From positions 3,472,001-3,536,000 of the forward strand of contig OZ193909.1 in assembly GCA_964276515.1 (NCBI GenBank): a stretch of 64,000 bases of DNA, given 5' to 3'. The DNA is from Gordius albopunctatus (taxonomy: Eukaryota). Made by a program: the position numbers and the translations under genes. The first letter of the stretch is position 1, and each line of letters begins with the position of its first letter. Of this stretch, positions 1-12,949 are shown in pieces. A model generated the notes under the pieces. That model saw only the letters and a list, made by a program, of their open reading frames with translations. It made no database searches and was not told where the DNA came from.

Positions 1-186
1 AAAAAGTGCTCATTAATTTATTCTAAAATTTAGAAAAAATATAATAGTTTTTGGGATACCATTAGAGTTTTGGTTCAAAGTAGCACTTTTGTAAAAGGAT
101 TAGAAGTTTCCCTAGAATGTTAAGGAAAAATGGTTACGAAAATTGCATATTTTTAAATGTTTTAATCATATTGGCTTAATATTTAG

Positions 187-1339
187 GTTGTATCGGGACG
201 TCATTATCGGATAAAGCTGCCAAAAAATTGGGGGCATCTGGTGCTGTGTATGGCCTGATTGCAGCTGATCTTTCACACATTATCCTCGTAAGTTTTTAAT
301 AAAAGCTCAGGTTTTCGCCGAGTTTTTTGATATTTAAAAATACACAATTAATACATTTTTAATGCTCCCATACGTGAATAAAAATTAATTAAGCGAATCA
401 TTATTATTAACAGAACAAACATTAAAAATTATCATTGAGCTCTACTGCAGCTGAGCAAAATAATATGTTGTCAAAATTCTAACATTAAACGCTGAAATTA
501 TATAATAAAATATATTGATTTTAGAATTTCGACCAGATGAGGCCGTCTTACGTAATGGTCAAATTAACCAGTATCGGATTAATTGGTATACATCTATACT
601 TTGAATATTTCTATTATATAAAATTTCAACCTTATCAGGCAGGATTGTATAAACGACAGACTTTCATTCCATATATTATTAAATCTAAAAAAGGTTTTGT
701 CTTTACTTAGTTTATTATAGCGCAACCTATTCATCAAACTCTCTTAGTCTTGGCATAAAGTTAAGCTATAACTTCATTTAAAATGAAGGGCTCTAAAAAT
801 ACTGCCTTAAAAAGGACATATTTTAATAGTATAGAATTGTGTTGTGAAAGCGGGTGGCTTTGTCTGGCCGGCCTTTGGTTTCAGTCGATTAACATAAACA
901 GACCATTACAACATTGCTATATAACTTATGCCAATACTTTTATTTGAGCCAGCTAATAATGATTAAACCATGCATTTTTATTTCAGCTGTCGTGGAAGGG
1001 GCTTACATCATATGGAACAAGGAAATTCTACCATTAAATTATATGCTATATTCAAAATATGATATACACACGGAAAAGGCGTTGATCATCAGAGAAAAGG
1101 TTGATTCTTTAGCACACTTGTATGGAGCCCTGATCGGTCTGTTGACGGGGATCGCTATATTTAAAACTTTAAATGAAGGCTACCATCAATACAAATCCAA
1201 AATCATCAACGGTTCAATCACATATTACGTTGAATACAAACGTTTCGTTTTAAACAAATATCTAAAAAAAGGAGCCCAAACAATATTGTGTGCATTGGTG
1301 ATTTTTGCGATCGTGTTTTACACATATAAAAGTTTCTGA
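187..1339 (+). CDS. Rhomboid-family intramembrane serine protease, last three coding exons (5' part lies upstream of the window)
   Basis: Exons 187-287, 525-585 and 987-1339 have AG/GT boundaries and compatible phases (0, 1). They translate to ...KKLGASGAVYGLIAADLSHIIL|NFDQMRPSYVMVKLTSIGLI|AVVEGAYII...DSLAHLYGALIGLLTGIAIF...*. GASG (catalytic Ser) and AHxxGxxxG (catalytic His) are the rhomboid signature motifs. Confidence 0.88.
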
Positions 1340-2817
1340 ATCGCGCATAATTCATAGTAAATTAATGTGCCAAATGACATTATCTGCCAAGGAAAAATAG
1401 TCAAAAAGGATACTCATTGGAATTTGGTTGGTGCTCAATTTTTTATATTAAAATATACATGTGTAAGCCCTTTTACAATTATGATTGCAAATTTGAGTAT
1501 ACATGTTCATCAAATGGATATTGAAAAGAATCCTTTATACACGTTGCAATAAATTCTTATAATCATCTACTTCAATTAGAATGAATTCATTTCGTACGCT
1601 CTTATTTTATATGTATTTTTGTATTGTTACAGCACTTATTTTGTGTTTGGTATTTGATACACACTTAATTTGTATATTTTAATATTATCCACACTGTAAA
1701 ATATCGTTATCTCATATATGGGTTAACAAATAAAATTTGTTGCACTAGTAATAAACTATATAATTTGTTATGGATCCAATCAAAAACAATTTATTATCTA
1801 AAAACCTATGTCAAGTGTATCAATCTAAAATTCCTTAATAAATTTGTGTAAAAACGTCAAATATACTACAACTGAACATGTTTATAAAAACATAACTGAG
1901 AAATCATAATTAAAATGTGTCCCGCCCGATACAGGTGGTAAAATACAACAACGACTTGGTTAGGGAATGCTTAAGATTGGCGAGCCCAAATATTCCATAA
2001 TTAATCGTCTCAAATTTCTTCTAAACAGACCTAGGACAATACTTGCATGGTTCTTTCCACAACTCAACATTTAACTTATTCTACACGATCCCAAAGAATT
2101 ATTTTACATCAAGCAGAAAATCCAATACAATCTCAATTCATGGCCCGATGCCAGCCCATTAATATAATTTATTTTAGCATGTAACATACAAAATTACTTG
2201 GAAATAAACCTCTATAGCGCTAAAAAAAGCTATAATTTCCTCATAAGCATTTATATATTGACACTTGATCCGAGGGAAATGAATGTGAAACTTTAATTCG
2301 AAGGACATTGTTATCGTACGCTGGTTTAACATTATTGTAAGATTAGCTGTTTGTTATGAAAATTATAAATAAAACCCTCTTTATATTAATAACTCGACTT
2401 ATGTATTCGTTTTAGAGGATAATCTTGCTGATAAACTATCTCATTTAGTTCAAATTGATAATTTTAAAATAACTTATTTAAATTAAGCTATATTAAAAAC
2501 GAACTAGTTATTAAAGTTATGGAAAATCCAAATAAATTTAGAATTAGATTAGTATACATAAATTAACAAAAAAAACAACCTTTTATGTAGGGTTTATAAA
2601 AATTCATCAAATAGTCCGAGCAGGTCTGAACTCTGTTGACAATTAAATATATCGAGATCGAATATAAGAAAACACATAGCGTATATCTAGAAAACAATAT
2701 ATATAACAAGGGTTCGATTGCCCAAAATTGGCATGCATCAAGTTTAAAAAGTATTATTTCGAGATGTTCATACAAACAGACATTATAAAATATATTAGGG
2801 TATAAACTGGGCGATTT

Positions 2818-5800
2818 TTATTCGTCTTCATCGTCATCTAAGTTTGAAGCACTAAAATAAAATATTTAACATTGAGAAAATTAAAATAGGAAAGGATGAT
2901 TTAATTAAAAAAATAGTATTTAAAGTACTTCAACAACGTTAACAAGTAGTTTTTGATGCGCGTATTGACTTTTTCCCATACTCTTTTATTAGCCTGATAA
3001 ATAGAGTGATCTTCCGAATGGAACATCATAGCATTCTGAAAAGACAAATATACAAAATTATTAAATAAAAATGAAGACCCAAAATCCCAGGTGTGAATCA
3101 TGATAAATGATATCAAGTTAGGCATAAAAATATTTATAGGTTAATATCGAACAAGATTATTTTTACACGAGGACAAAACAATAAATATGCGACGTCGCGT
3201 ACAACCCAAGGAAAAAGACCAAAATTGGTAATTTTAGAGGTGTTTAGGTGGACAAAATTGTAAAGCATTAAATTAGGTACAAAGGTCATTCGCCACACTG
3301 TTAAAATTTATGAAAAATTTCGAAGTTAAAACGCGAAAATATGACTTGTCAGGGTTAGAGACTATTGTCGAATCAGAGTGCTGCTAGCCCCGATTTTGCA
3401 ATCCATAAAACTTAAGATGCAACCCATACAAAACCCGAAATCAGATTCGAATGCACCCCGGACCAAATGTTATAGAGAAGGCCTTCGAAAACCTGACATC
3501 ATAACCTTAAAAATGTTACTCTTTGTTAATAATATAATCTTAATGGCACAAACACCTCCGATTTTGTGAGCATTTTTGCACGTCGGATCAGGTGAATTGG
3601 TATGCAGATGCAGATCTTCGAAAGACTTTACGTTACAATCCCCAAAACGCCATAACCACTTAATGTATTTTCTATTATATCGCCTCTCCATATAGTTGGT
3701 ACTACTACTATCGCCTCCAACCCAAACACGACCCACTCCCGATTCCCTACCATGTGTATGAGGGTAATCTGGTGAAAAAGTTGGCCATCCTCCCACACCA
3801 AGCCAGACCTAACGCGCTTGAGGAGCGTGGTATAATCCATGGGGTAACGTACGGCATCTCGGTAACCGGGGATGTGGGTGGGATTGATCGGGCTATAAAA
3901 TACGTCTACACCCGGTATTATGTATAGAGAATCGAGGAAAAGGAGCGATCTACGCTTCCACCTGAGGCTACTTGACCTAGGTGCCACGTGCCTCGTGAGC
4001 GCGGTCTTAGGGATGGCGCTATAAATAAGTGCCCGTAGTATATGTATGTATATATGTGCTTGTTAGTTCTTGATGTTTTAATACGCAAACTTTATGAAAT
4101 ATTACCTCATTAAAATATGTTAACATAAAGGGAACTTTCTAATGTAAAATTACTTCCTAAATCCCTTAAAAACTAAATTAAGGAACTTCTCTGTCGCCGG
4201 TTTTGGAAAATGAGCGACGTATTAAAGATTTGAGTTGTTTAAAATGATAAAATTCGAGAAACCAACCAAAGGTTAGGGTAATTAGTGCGAAAAATAACGA
4301 GTCGCAAATCTTACCAATTACAACATATTCTAATTTGCAAACTGTAAAAGGTTTAAAAGTGACAATCAAACCAAGTCATTTAGCAGAAAGTACAACTTCA
4401 TGAATTAATCACTCATAGTTCGGAAGGAAACGTCAAAAATTCTAATGACGACAGAAGTCTCTTCCACTTCGCCAATTTTTTAATTTGTACAGGCAAAAAT
4501 GTCACTTTTTTACCTATCCATAATGGTACACCCAACACTTTAATATTCATCAGCGAATAGCAAATAAAAGTAGTGCATAATATTGAATCATAAGTAGAGG
4601 TCTGCAAAAAATGGAATTTTTTCGGCCCGAGCCCGGTCCGACACTTTTTATTATATTTTGCCCGAGCCCGAAATTTTTCTTACTCAGGCGGGTCTGAGGC
4701 CCGACTTTTTAAAAATTTATATTTATAAAATTTCTTATTCAGAATAACCACCCGCACCACCTTTCATTTAACATAAAAATATTTTGTCTCCTCTAAATAG
4801 TCACTCAACAAAGCAATTTTAAAATGCTCAAAAAACATTTTAGCTACATTTTGCCTCGGGCCGGGCTCGGGCTGACGCAAGAGGCCCGACCCTAGCCCCG
4901 ATTATCAGACGGCCTTTTAAGGGCTCTAGTCATAATTAATCTACACCTACCTCGGCAGACTAAAAGGGCAAGAAGATTGGGGTGCGGTTAGCTGGTGTAT
5001 AAGGGAAGGTAGTCCCGAGCCAGACATACCTCCCCTAAGATCGTAGCTACGTTTCAAAGGTGTCTTCGCGTTCAAAACTACGTGAGATCGCGATTCTGCA
5101 AAACTACAACTACTTTCCCTCTTCCTCTTTATGCCCCTGCCCCCGGTCCATAATTTAAAGCCGTCGCCTCCGGCCCCTGGCTTGGTCGGATGTTGCTTGG
5201 ATGTCCCGCTAGGAAATACGTAGGTGACGGGTGAAAGCGTGGTTGTAAGATTGTGTGAAAATGGTGTGGTAAGCGTGGACGAAATAACGACGCCCCGAGC
5301 TGCTAGGCCGTAGAACGATAGTGGGGCATCGTTGCTTCCTAAGTTCGACTGACCAAATATGTGGGCGCCATTTTCTGGCAAATTTTGGGCTCGAAGAGGC
5401 TCGTCGGGAAGCTTATTTATATCACGGAAATTGTTTTATTGATGTTGCGTAGTTTGTAAAAACTGATGGGTTTTATTTAGTCAACCTTTGGTTTTAGTTG
5501 ATAACATCAATCTCTCGATGAAACAAGCGAGCGATAACACAGATCTACAAGAAAACCTGCAATCTGGCAAATATTTCTGATAGAGACTTTTACTGAGCAA
5601 TAATTTTATGGTTTTTTCCCTAGTCGTCTACATTTTGTGATAAATGAGGCTTGCGAAAAATGGCCTTTTTAACGTTTTTGACAAAGTCAAAAATTTTAGA
5701 CCTGAGTAATTATTGATCCTGATCCCACTTAGAATTTAGAGTAAAAATAAGTAATAAATTTAAAATCGCGTATTGACAAAAATAATAGTTATAGAAAGCC

Positions 5801-8340
5801 ATTTACCAAGTTACAAGGTAACGAAGATTCTAATTTCAATTTGAAGGGCTTAGGTTCGGGGACGTCGAGAGTGGTGAAATCCTTGCCCGCTTGCAAACGC
5901 AGTTTAGAAGGTTTCAAGGCGATAGGGGGTGCGTTAGGTTGAAATGGCTCGTACCTCAACAGCAATTCTCTCCCGCCTTCGGAAGGTCCTCTCAACGGTA
6001 CCTGACTAAAATTAGTCCGGTCGGGCGGGCTATAGAAACCGTCTGTGTAACAAAAATTACTGGGCCCGGGGGGTTCGGGCTGAGGAAGTAGCCTATGTAA
6101 GGGAGGTGGGGAGCCCGAGATTTTTCCCATGTATTCCCCTTGACTCGCAGCAATTTTACCAGCTCGCCATGGAAATAGTTGAGAGGACATCGCGGTTTCA
6201 CCTCCACCTACCAAAGTGGCTTTGGGGTGCGTTTGAAATTCTCCTTCCTCTTCGAGACGGGCCTGAATGTCGGCATTCAGGGTACTGGCTATGGAGGCAC
6301 TTTTGGTAAACTCGATTCCGACCCTATAGATCAAATAAAGTGGGTATCCATGTATTATCTTGTTCACTCTACAATGAACTGGGTGTGGTGAATTACACAC
6401 ACTAGATACTTTCCTAGAATACAATTAAAGTTGAAAAGGTTATTTTCTTAATTCTTAATCGAACCAAGCATTCTAAATAAATTAGTTTGTCGGCAAGGTT
6501 TTCCTATAAAACATATATGAATAATCCAAGTTACTAATATAAAGAGGATTTTATATATAAAGCGACCTTATATATTTATTTTTAAAACAATAAGAGTTAA
6601 TCTTAAAATCGCCTAAACGAGGGTTCGGGGACTGATGTCCTTCGAATTTGAAGCCAACAATATTGTTAACATCACACTTACGCGTAGTTCGGAACCAAGC
6701 TAGTGGGCAAGGGTTGGTCTTCCAGGTCGATGCATTCAAAATTTGGGTCCGCGCCAGGCTCATCATTCGAATGGTAGGCTCCATTGCTGGGGTAGTAGAT
6801 GGAAGTCTCGCTACCACTGCCACTACTGCACGTACTGCTGCTTATGCTAATGTCGTTCTCACATTTCACCGATAACGGGGGACTAGTCATTGATTCGGAG
6901 TTAACGGTGCTGGTGGAATAGTTTTCGCAATCCACGCTGACTATGCCTCGATAACCTGAATTAGTGTGGACAAAGGAATATAAAGAAACGAACTTAACAA
7001 CTGAGGCGTCCCTCCTCCTCCTCCTTTAATTAAAGCCAAAAACGTTCATTCACCATTTCATTGAGCCCCAAAACGTGTAAAACAAGATTTGGCTATATTA
7101 GCTCCAAACCCACAACGAAAATTAAATTCTAATGCGGCATTTTGACAATAGGCGATATAAAAAGTTTTTGCTCCTTATAAACTCTAGCTTAAATGACCGA
7201 GGAAAACATGGTTTCCAAATCGTGACGCTATTTCGTGTTAAAATTTAATCTTATAGGATCCGTTGAAGGCCATAACTCTTCAGCGGATAATTCCATTAAC
7301 CATTTATTAAAGGCAACAGTAATGGCAAAAAATCACATTGATATGGTAGTGCAAAATGAAAACCAATCCATAATTTTTTAAACTTAACTATTTGGCGCAA
7401 AAAGACATTTGATTTCCAGGATTAAAAAATTTATTAATTTTGTTACAATCGGCTAAAATTATAATAATATCTAACACTCGATAATAATACTTTGGAAAAA
7501 CTAATATTTTCAACCAACCAATTGAATCCACCACCATTCATGCCAAACTTTAACTTTTAATATAATCTATCCGGACAATCAATTTTTCTAACCTGATAAG
7601 CATAATTTTGACCCTATAAACGACACCGAGGTATTAGAAATGCTAGGTATCGATACGCACGATTTACTATATGAGCGTTCTATAAAAAATATCTTTAATG
7701 AATATTAACGCGATGTCAAGAGCCTTGATTTATCAAAATGGCTCGCCAATGCTTAGGCTATTAAGCTAATAAAAGATAAAGTCTTAAACTTCGAATATTA
7801 ATAATCTCACACAAAAACAGGAAAATATTATATTGAAACCTAATGAGACAGATGACGTAGGGCGGCCACTAAGGTCGTGCGTGCAAACACGGTCCACTAG
7901 GGTGTCCAGGACCTCGCGGATGACCATTTCATCAGTGTCCGCACATTTTACGATAGCGCCGATCATGCTATTCACCAGCTCGGCGACAACGTAACGTGTG
8001 TCTTGCTGTCGACGATGCGTTGTTGTCGAACTAACGCGCGAAGAGGAGGCAGCCATGCAAGATATTTCGGAATCTAAGTCCTCGCTAGTAGTGGAGCACT
8101 CTTCGCCGCTGTAAGACCAACTCCTCTGAGCATCCAATAAATTTTGTGCTTCTAGGTGTTGGAAGGGAGACATTGATGCTTGGGCAGCGGGAGTAGAGTA
8201 ATTTGTGGGGGGTATATAAGTCAAACCCGAACAAAAGGGGTTGGGGACCGAAGGACGAGGGCGAGGATCGTATGCATAATTATGGCCGATGCCACTGCCC
8301 GGCCTGAGATTAAACTGTCGACGTTCTCCGACGAAATGAT
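2818..8340 (-). CDS. Bromodomain-containing protein, BRD8-like, multi-exon and 5'-incomplete (~750 aa modelled)
   Basis: Minus-strand exons 8340-7840, 6955-6682, 6413-5807, 5411-4951 (weak AAG acceptor), 4018-3751, 3035-2929 and 2851-2818 are GT-AG bounded, and all phases join into one open frame. The C-terminus reads LRWKRRSLLFLDSLYIIPGVDVFYSPINPTHIPGYRDAVRYPMDYTTLLKRVRSGLVWEDGQLFHQITLIHM|NAMMFHSEDHSIYQANKRVWEKV...LDDDEDE*, matching the bromodomain ZA-loop (F..P....PGY...V..PMD..T) and BC region. The PGY, GL and NA.M..S.DH pattern recalls BRD8. Confidence 0.8.
4595..4928. mobile_element. Non-autonomous hAT-like MITE with GC-rich (GGCCCGA-type) subterminal repeats, in a bromodomain-gene intron
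   Basis: Ends TAGAG...CTCTA; inverted ggcccgagcccgg / ccgggctcgggc motifs; imperfect 8-bp flanking repeat atcataag / gtcataat. Confidence 0.6.
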
Positions 8341-8709
8341 CTGTAAGTTACGTAAATCCCAAATTTTTCGAGATGATAGTTTGAATTTCGACATTTTAAA
8401 GGTATTACAGTAGGAGCGTAGACTTTACATTTGAAGCAACATTGGTAAGGAGAAAGTAAACTGAGTAAAAATAACACTACACCTACTACTAGTATATCCG
8501 TCAGTCAATCAGTCAGTTATTAGTTAGTGGGGTCGACACCGGGCCCGGAAAAATTTGAAGTGTAACTAGGCCTATAACGTAAACAAAGGGGCCTTATATA
8601 ATTGAAAGGGCCCAAATGGTGAATTAAACGCCATTTTGTTATTGCGCTACATTTAAGATCTGTTAGCGTGCACAATAAAAAGATGTGATGTAGTCTTAGC
8701 ACTTTACAC

Positions 8710-8864
8710 CATGGGCGTAGCCTAGAGGGGCGGCTGACCTCCTCTATATCCAAAAAATTGTTGAAATTTATTAAATTATGGCTAAAATTTCAAAAAATGA
8801 TTATTTTGCCCCTCACTTAATTATTATTGCCCCCCCCTCTATCCCAGTTCTGGCTATGCCCATG
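8710..8864. mobile_element. 155-bp MITE with 8-bp TSD
   Basis: TIRs catgggcgtagcc / ggctatgcccatg flanked by ctttacac / ctttacat. Related decayed pieces at ~9230-9480, ~11745-11855, ~54310-54420 and ~57230-57368. Confidence 0.7.
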
Positions 8865-9009
8865 CTTTACATTATATATCAGGTAAAATTCAACTTAAAG
8901 TTATTTCTCAAATTTTGGTAAAACTCCTACATAAATGAATACTTTTTTACACTTCTCCTTAAATTGTAAAATGATAAAGTTCATCAAAAGAAATGTCACC
9001 TTTAATAAA

Positions 9010-12000
9010 CGTACAAAAGATAATTAGTAATATACACGTAAACACAAAAAGTTTTTAAATATATTGCTTTTTGTATTTCTGCCAATCTAAGCTGTAAACG
9101 ATATACTCGATTGTATTTGTACTGACGGGAACAAAGATGGTAAAACATAAATAATATAATATTTATTTATTGAATTATCATAAATTTACACAACATTTAT
9201 TATATTTTTATAACTTATTCACAAATTTGCAAAATTTTGTAAAAAAATTATTTTGTCCCTGCCTAAATCATTGCTACCCCCTTTATTTGAAATCCCTGCT
9301 ACACTCATGGACTCATTCACGGTTCATTAGTCGTGCTCGTGGGCTTAGACAGCATTGGGAATCGAGGGGGGGGGAGCAATAATGATTTAGGGAGGAGCAA
9401 AATGATAATTTTTTGAATTTTTAACCATAATTTTAATAAATTTCAACAAGTTTTGGATATACCCCGACTACACCCATGGTCGTTCTTAACCAAGTCAAGT
9501 ATATGCTGAAACGTATGAGCATGAGTACATTACTGGTTCTAAATAAGGCTATTGATCTTTAAGAGATCAGAGTTTTTGGGAGAAAATTGTATTAATATTA
9601 CCATAGGGTGTGGGTGGACCATGAATGTCCCATTAATTTATATAGCCTTATTAAAATGATGATGCGTGGGTAAGCTTACCAATTAAGTCTAGATTCTTTA
9701 TTTGATAAATTTCGAAAGCCGTGCTTAAATTGGCGTTGTAAAAACGGCAACAAAAGTGATGGAAAAGAAATGATAGAAACAAAACTAATGTTTCTACGTC
9801 TACATAATATCAAGATCAAATATAGTTAAACGTGCTAAGCTTTTGAAAGATGTATCAACGTAAAATTTGTGATTTAAATTTAATATTTATTGTGTTTGCG
9901 AAAAAGGCGTTTGAAAGTAAGTATGGAGACAAATCAAAACGTTTTCGACCGACCAGCTCAGATCGGGTCAATTTTGCGAGGCTGTAAGCCTCATTTATTA
10001 GAGTAATTTCTGAAGATTTTAGCCATTTTGTGCCAATACTTTTTAAGTTATGGACGTTTAAAGGGCCAAAATCACGTTGGGGAGCGTTTTATGGATTTTA
10101 CCATTTTTGAAAGTAATCGCGTTATTTACTCAAATTTTGGTGCACTTTGTTCCTAAAAAATTCTCTATCGAAATAATTTAACTAAAAACCTCAAACTTTT
10201 GCGGTTAATTTTTTGTGGTCAAATTAGTGAAAAATCATAAAAACATATTTGCCCTATATATGAAATCACCAATTTCACAATGTGCACTCCCTTATGACCC
10301 ATTATCATATTTCACTTATAAAAAGTTTGGGAGCGGCTACGAGATGGTCGAAAATTCGAAAAATTACATTTACACAAAAAAATATTTATAGATGGCGGTA
10401 TAATCAATAATCACGAGAACATATTATGATGTTTTTATATTATCAAATTGCAAATTTATAAAGAATATATGGTAAATAAATAATATTGGTATAAAAATAA
10501 ACTTAAATTTTGATCTTTCATCTACGCGATGGGCAAGTAACCGAGTTTGAAAATAACTTTAATTTTAATTAAAATAAAAAATGGTCACAGCTAGCAAATC
10601 TTGCATAAATTTTTTATTTTTAGCATGGATTATCAGTACAAAAATAAAAATATATGAGCAATTTCGCCATACATTTTTTGTATTTATTTTTTTCCAACCT
10701 CACAATGATTTTAGTCTACCCCTTTACCGTTTAAGCTAAAATTCAGGATCTAATTTTGAAACTCGGATATTTATTTTTATTCCAATATTATTTATTTACC
10801 ATATATTCTTTATAAATTCGCAATTTGATAAAAAAAAAACAAACATCGTAATATCTTCTTGTGATAAATGATTATACCGCCATCTACAAATATTTTTGGT
10901 GAAAATTTTTTCGAATTCTTGACCATCTCGTAGCCATTCCCCAACTTTTTATGATTGAAATATGATAATGGGTCATAAAGGAGTGCACATTGTGAAATTG
11001 GTGATTTTAAATGATGGACAAATAGGTTTTTATGATTTTTCACTCAAAAGTTTGGGTTTTTTTTGCTACATTATTTCGATAGAGAATTTTTTTAGATACA
11101 AAATTTGATTGAATAGCGCCATTACTTTCAAAAATTGTAAAATGCATTGAACGCTCCTGAGCGTGATTTTGGCCCTTTAAACGTCCATAAATTAAAAGGT
11201 ATTGGCCCAAAATGGCTAAAATATTCAGAAATTACTCTAATAAATGAGGCCTACACCCTCGCCAAAAATTATCCTGATCTGAGCTGGTCGGTCGAAAACA
11301 TTTTCATTTATCATGGAATGGCCCCAAAATAAAATTTTTTCCTCCCGATCATCACTATCTTTAAGAAAACGTTCGAAAATCTCCTTAAAGGGATTGGTAA
11401 TCTGCTGAATATTCAGGACATAAGATGGGGTAGACATCACTATATATAGTATTTTTGATAATTTTTACAAAAAATCTTTTATCAAAATATTTATAGTTTT
11501 TCATACATTGAAATATTTATAATAAATAAAATTTTAACAGCTAAATATATTGGATTTTACCCTTTAAAGTAATTATGCAAACTTAAGTAAAACCTGTGTC
11601 AAATATCCAAATTAAGCATGACAATAAAAAGGCATAAGCTCACGATGCACAATATTGCAGACTTACTATCTTTAGGCATTTACTTATTTATCATTGTAAC
11701 AAAAAATTTAGACCAAAAGATGTGCAGAGTATAAAAAATAAAAATGGGCTAGCCAGAATTTGAGATGCAGAAGGGGGAGGGGAAGGTTAAGAAGATTAGG
11801 AAGGATCAATTTAATAAAACTTTAATGAATTATTTAATATGGGTTGGCCCCCATGTGCTATGCTTATTGTTGGAGATTTAAAACTGATATTTCTACAAAC
11901 CGAAGCAAATTTTTTTTGATTATTATAAAGATATAAATATAACTAAGATTAGCTAATTATTAACAAATAAAATGTATATATGATTTATAATACCACTATA

Positions 12001-12244
12001 TTTGATGTAAAGTTTACGAATTAACCAGGGAGGCATATACTTCTCAAGAATATTTCGATAGGTACTAAAAATATCAAACCATAAAAATATTAAGTAAAAT
12101 TTATTTCTAAATTATAGAATGTTTATTTGAGCTATTTTAGATAAGAATAATTTTTACATAAATAACCTGCATGAAAGAAAGGTTAGTTCAATAAATTCAC
12201 GGTAATGTCCTTCATTATAGAGATTTAACAAATTCTCACCATAC
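9010..12244 (-). CDS. Candidate small upstream exons, possibly belonging to the bromodomain gene
   Basis: Short open AG..GT-bounded segments at ~12244-12166 (YGENLLNLYNEGHYREFIELTFLSC), ~12064-12018 (TYRNILEKYMPPWLI), ~9784-9680, ~9647-9602 and ~9121-9040 (YRLQLRLAEIQKAI). I could not establish a unique phase-consistent chain. Confidence 0.3.
9931..11309. mobile_element. Foldback-type element with ~600-bp inverted arms
   Basis: 9931-~10560 is a diverged reverse complement of ~10750-11309 (e.g. gttttcgaccgaccagctcagatc vs gatctgagctggtcggtcgaaaac; ataaagaatatatggtaaataaataatattgg vs ccaatattatttatttaccatatattctttat). No convincing ORF inside. Confidence 0.8.
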
Positions 12245-12949
12245 CTAAAAACAATAAAATTTTTAGATTTTTATAAATAAAAAATTCTGGGATTACTTTA
12301 TTTCATAATTTTCACGAATGACATTAGAAATGTATTGCATAACATGCATTGGCGGCCTAGAGGAATCTATATAAAAATGGAAATATAAAAAAATTACATA
12401 TCTGGTTCCATGTCTAAGTATATTCGAATGAATATCAAAATGTCGCGTTAAAAATATAACAAAATGCTAACAATTAAAAGATTTCAAAATTTGTCAATTT
12501 TTTTAAATCATAACCATTGATAATCAACTAAATTGCTTCGAATATTTTTAATTAAGATGACATTATATGTCATGTAATCCTCAACCGAGCCAGAAATACC
12601 TTGTAGTGTTGGTTGAGCTTGTTTACTCTCGTAATCCAAGAAGCTATACCTTTGGTAGCCAAACACAATTTTTGTGTTTGTTACTGGTGGGGTCACCCTA
12701 TTGCCAAGGTTCTTGGTGAAGGGCCACACTAAAATTTCTGGGCTTTTTGAGGGAGTACTAGTGAAATGTAAGTTCTAGATAAAGACTATCAATACGAGTG
12801 GTCTAAAGAAAATGATGGCATCATAAAGAATAGTAGGTAGTCAAGCGCCAAAATCTAACATAGTTCTGTCAGGCTTGGAAGGCCGGGATATCAATAATCT
12901 CTCATTCCATATAAACCAAAATGTATACTATGAAAGTTCGTAATAATGC

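Noticed and set aside
11237..11440. 67-aa ORF as an exon of the bromodomain gene
   Set aside because: It overlaps the foldback arm and a short repeat also seen near 47690-47765; no clear splice sites.
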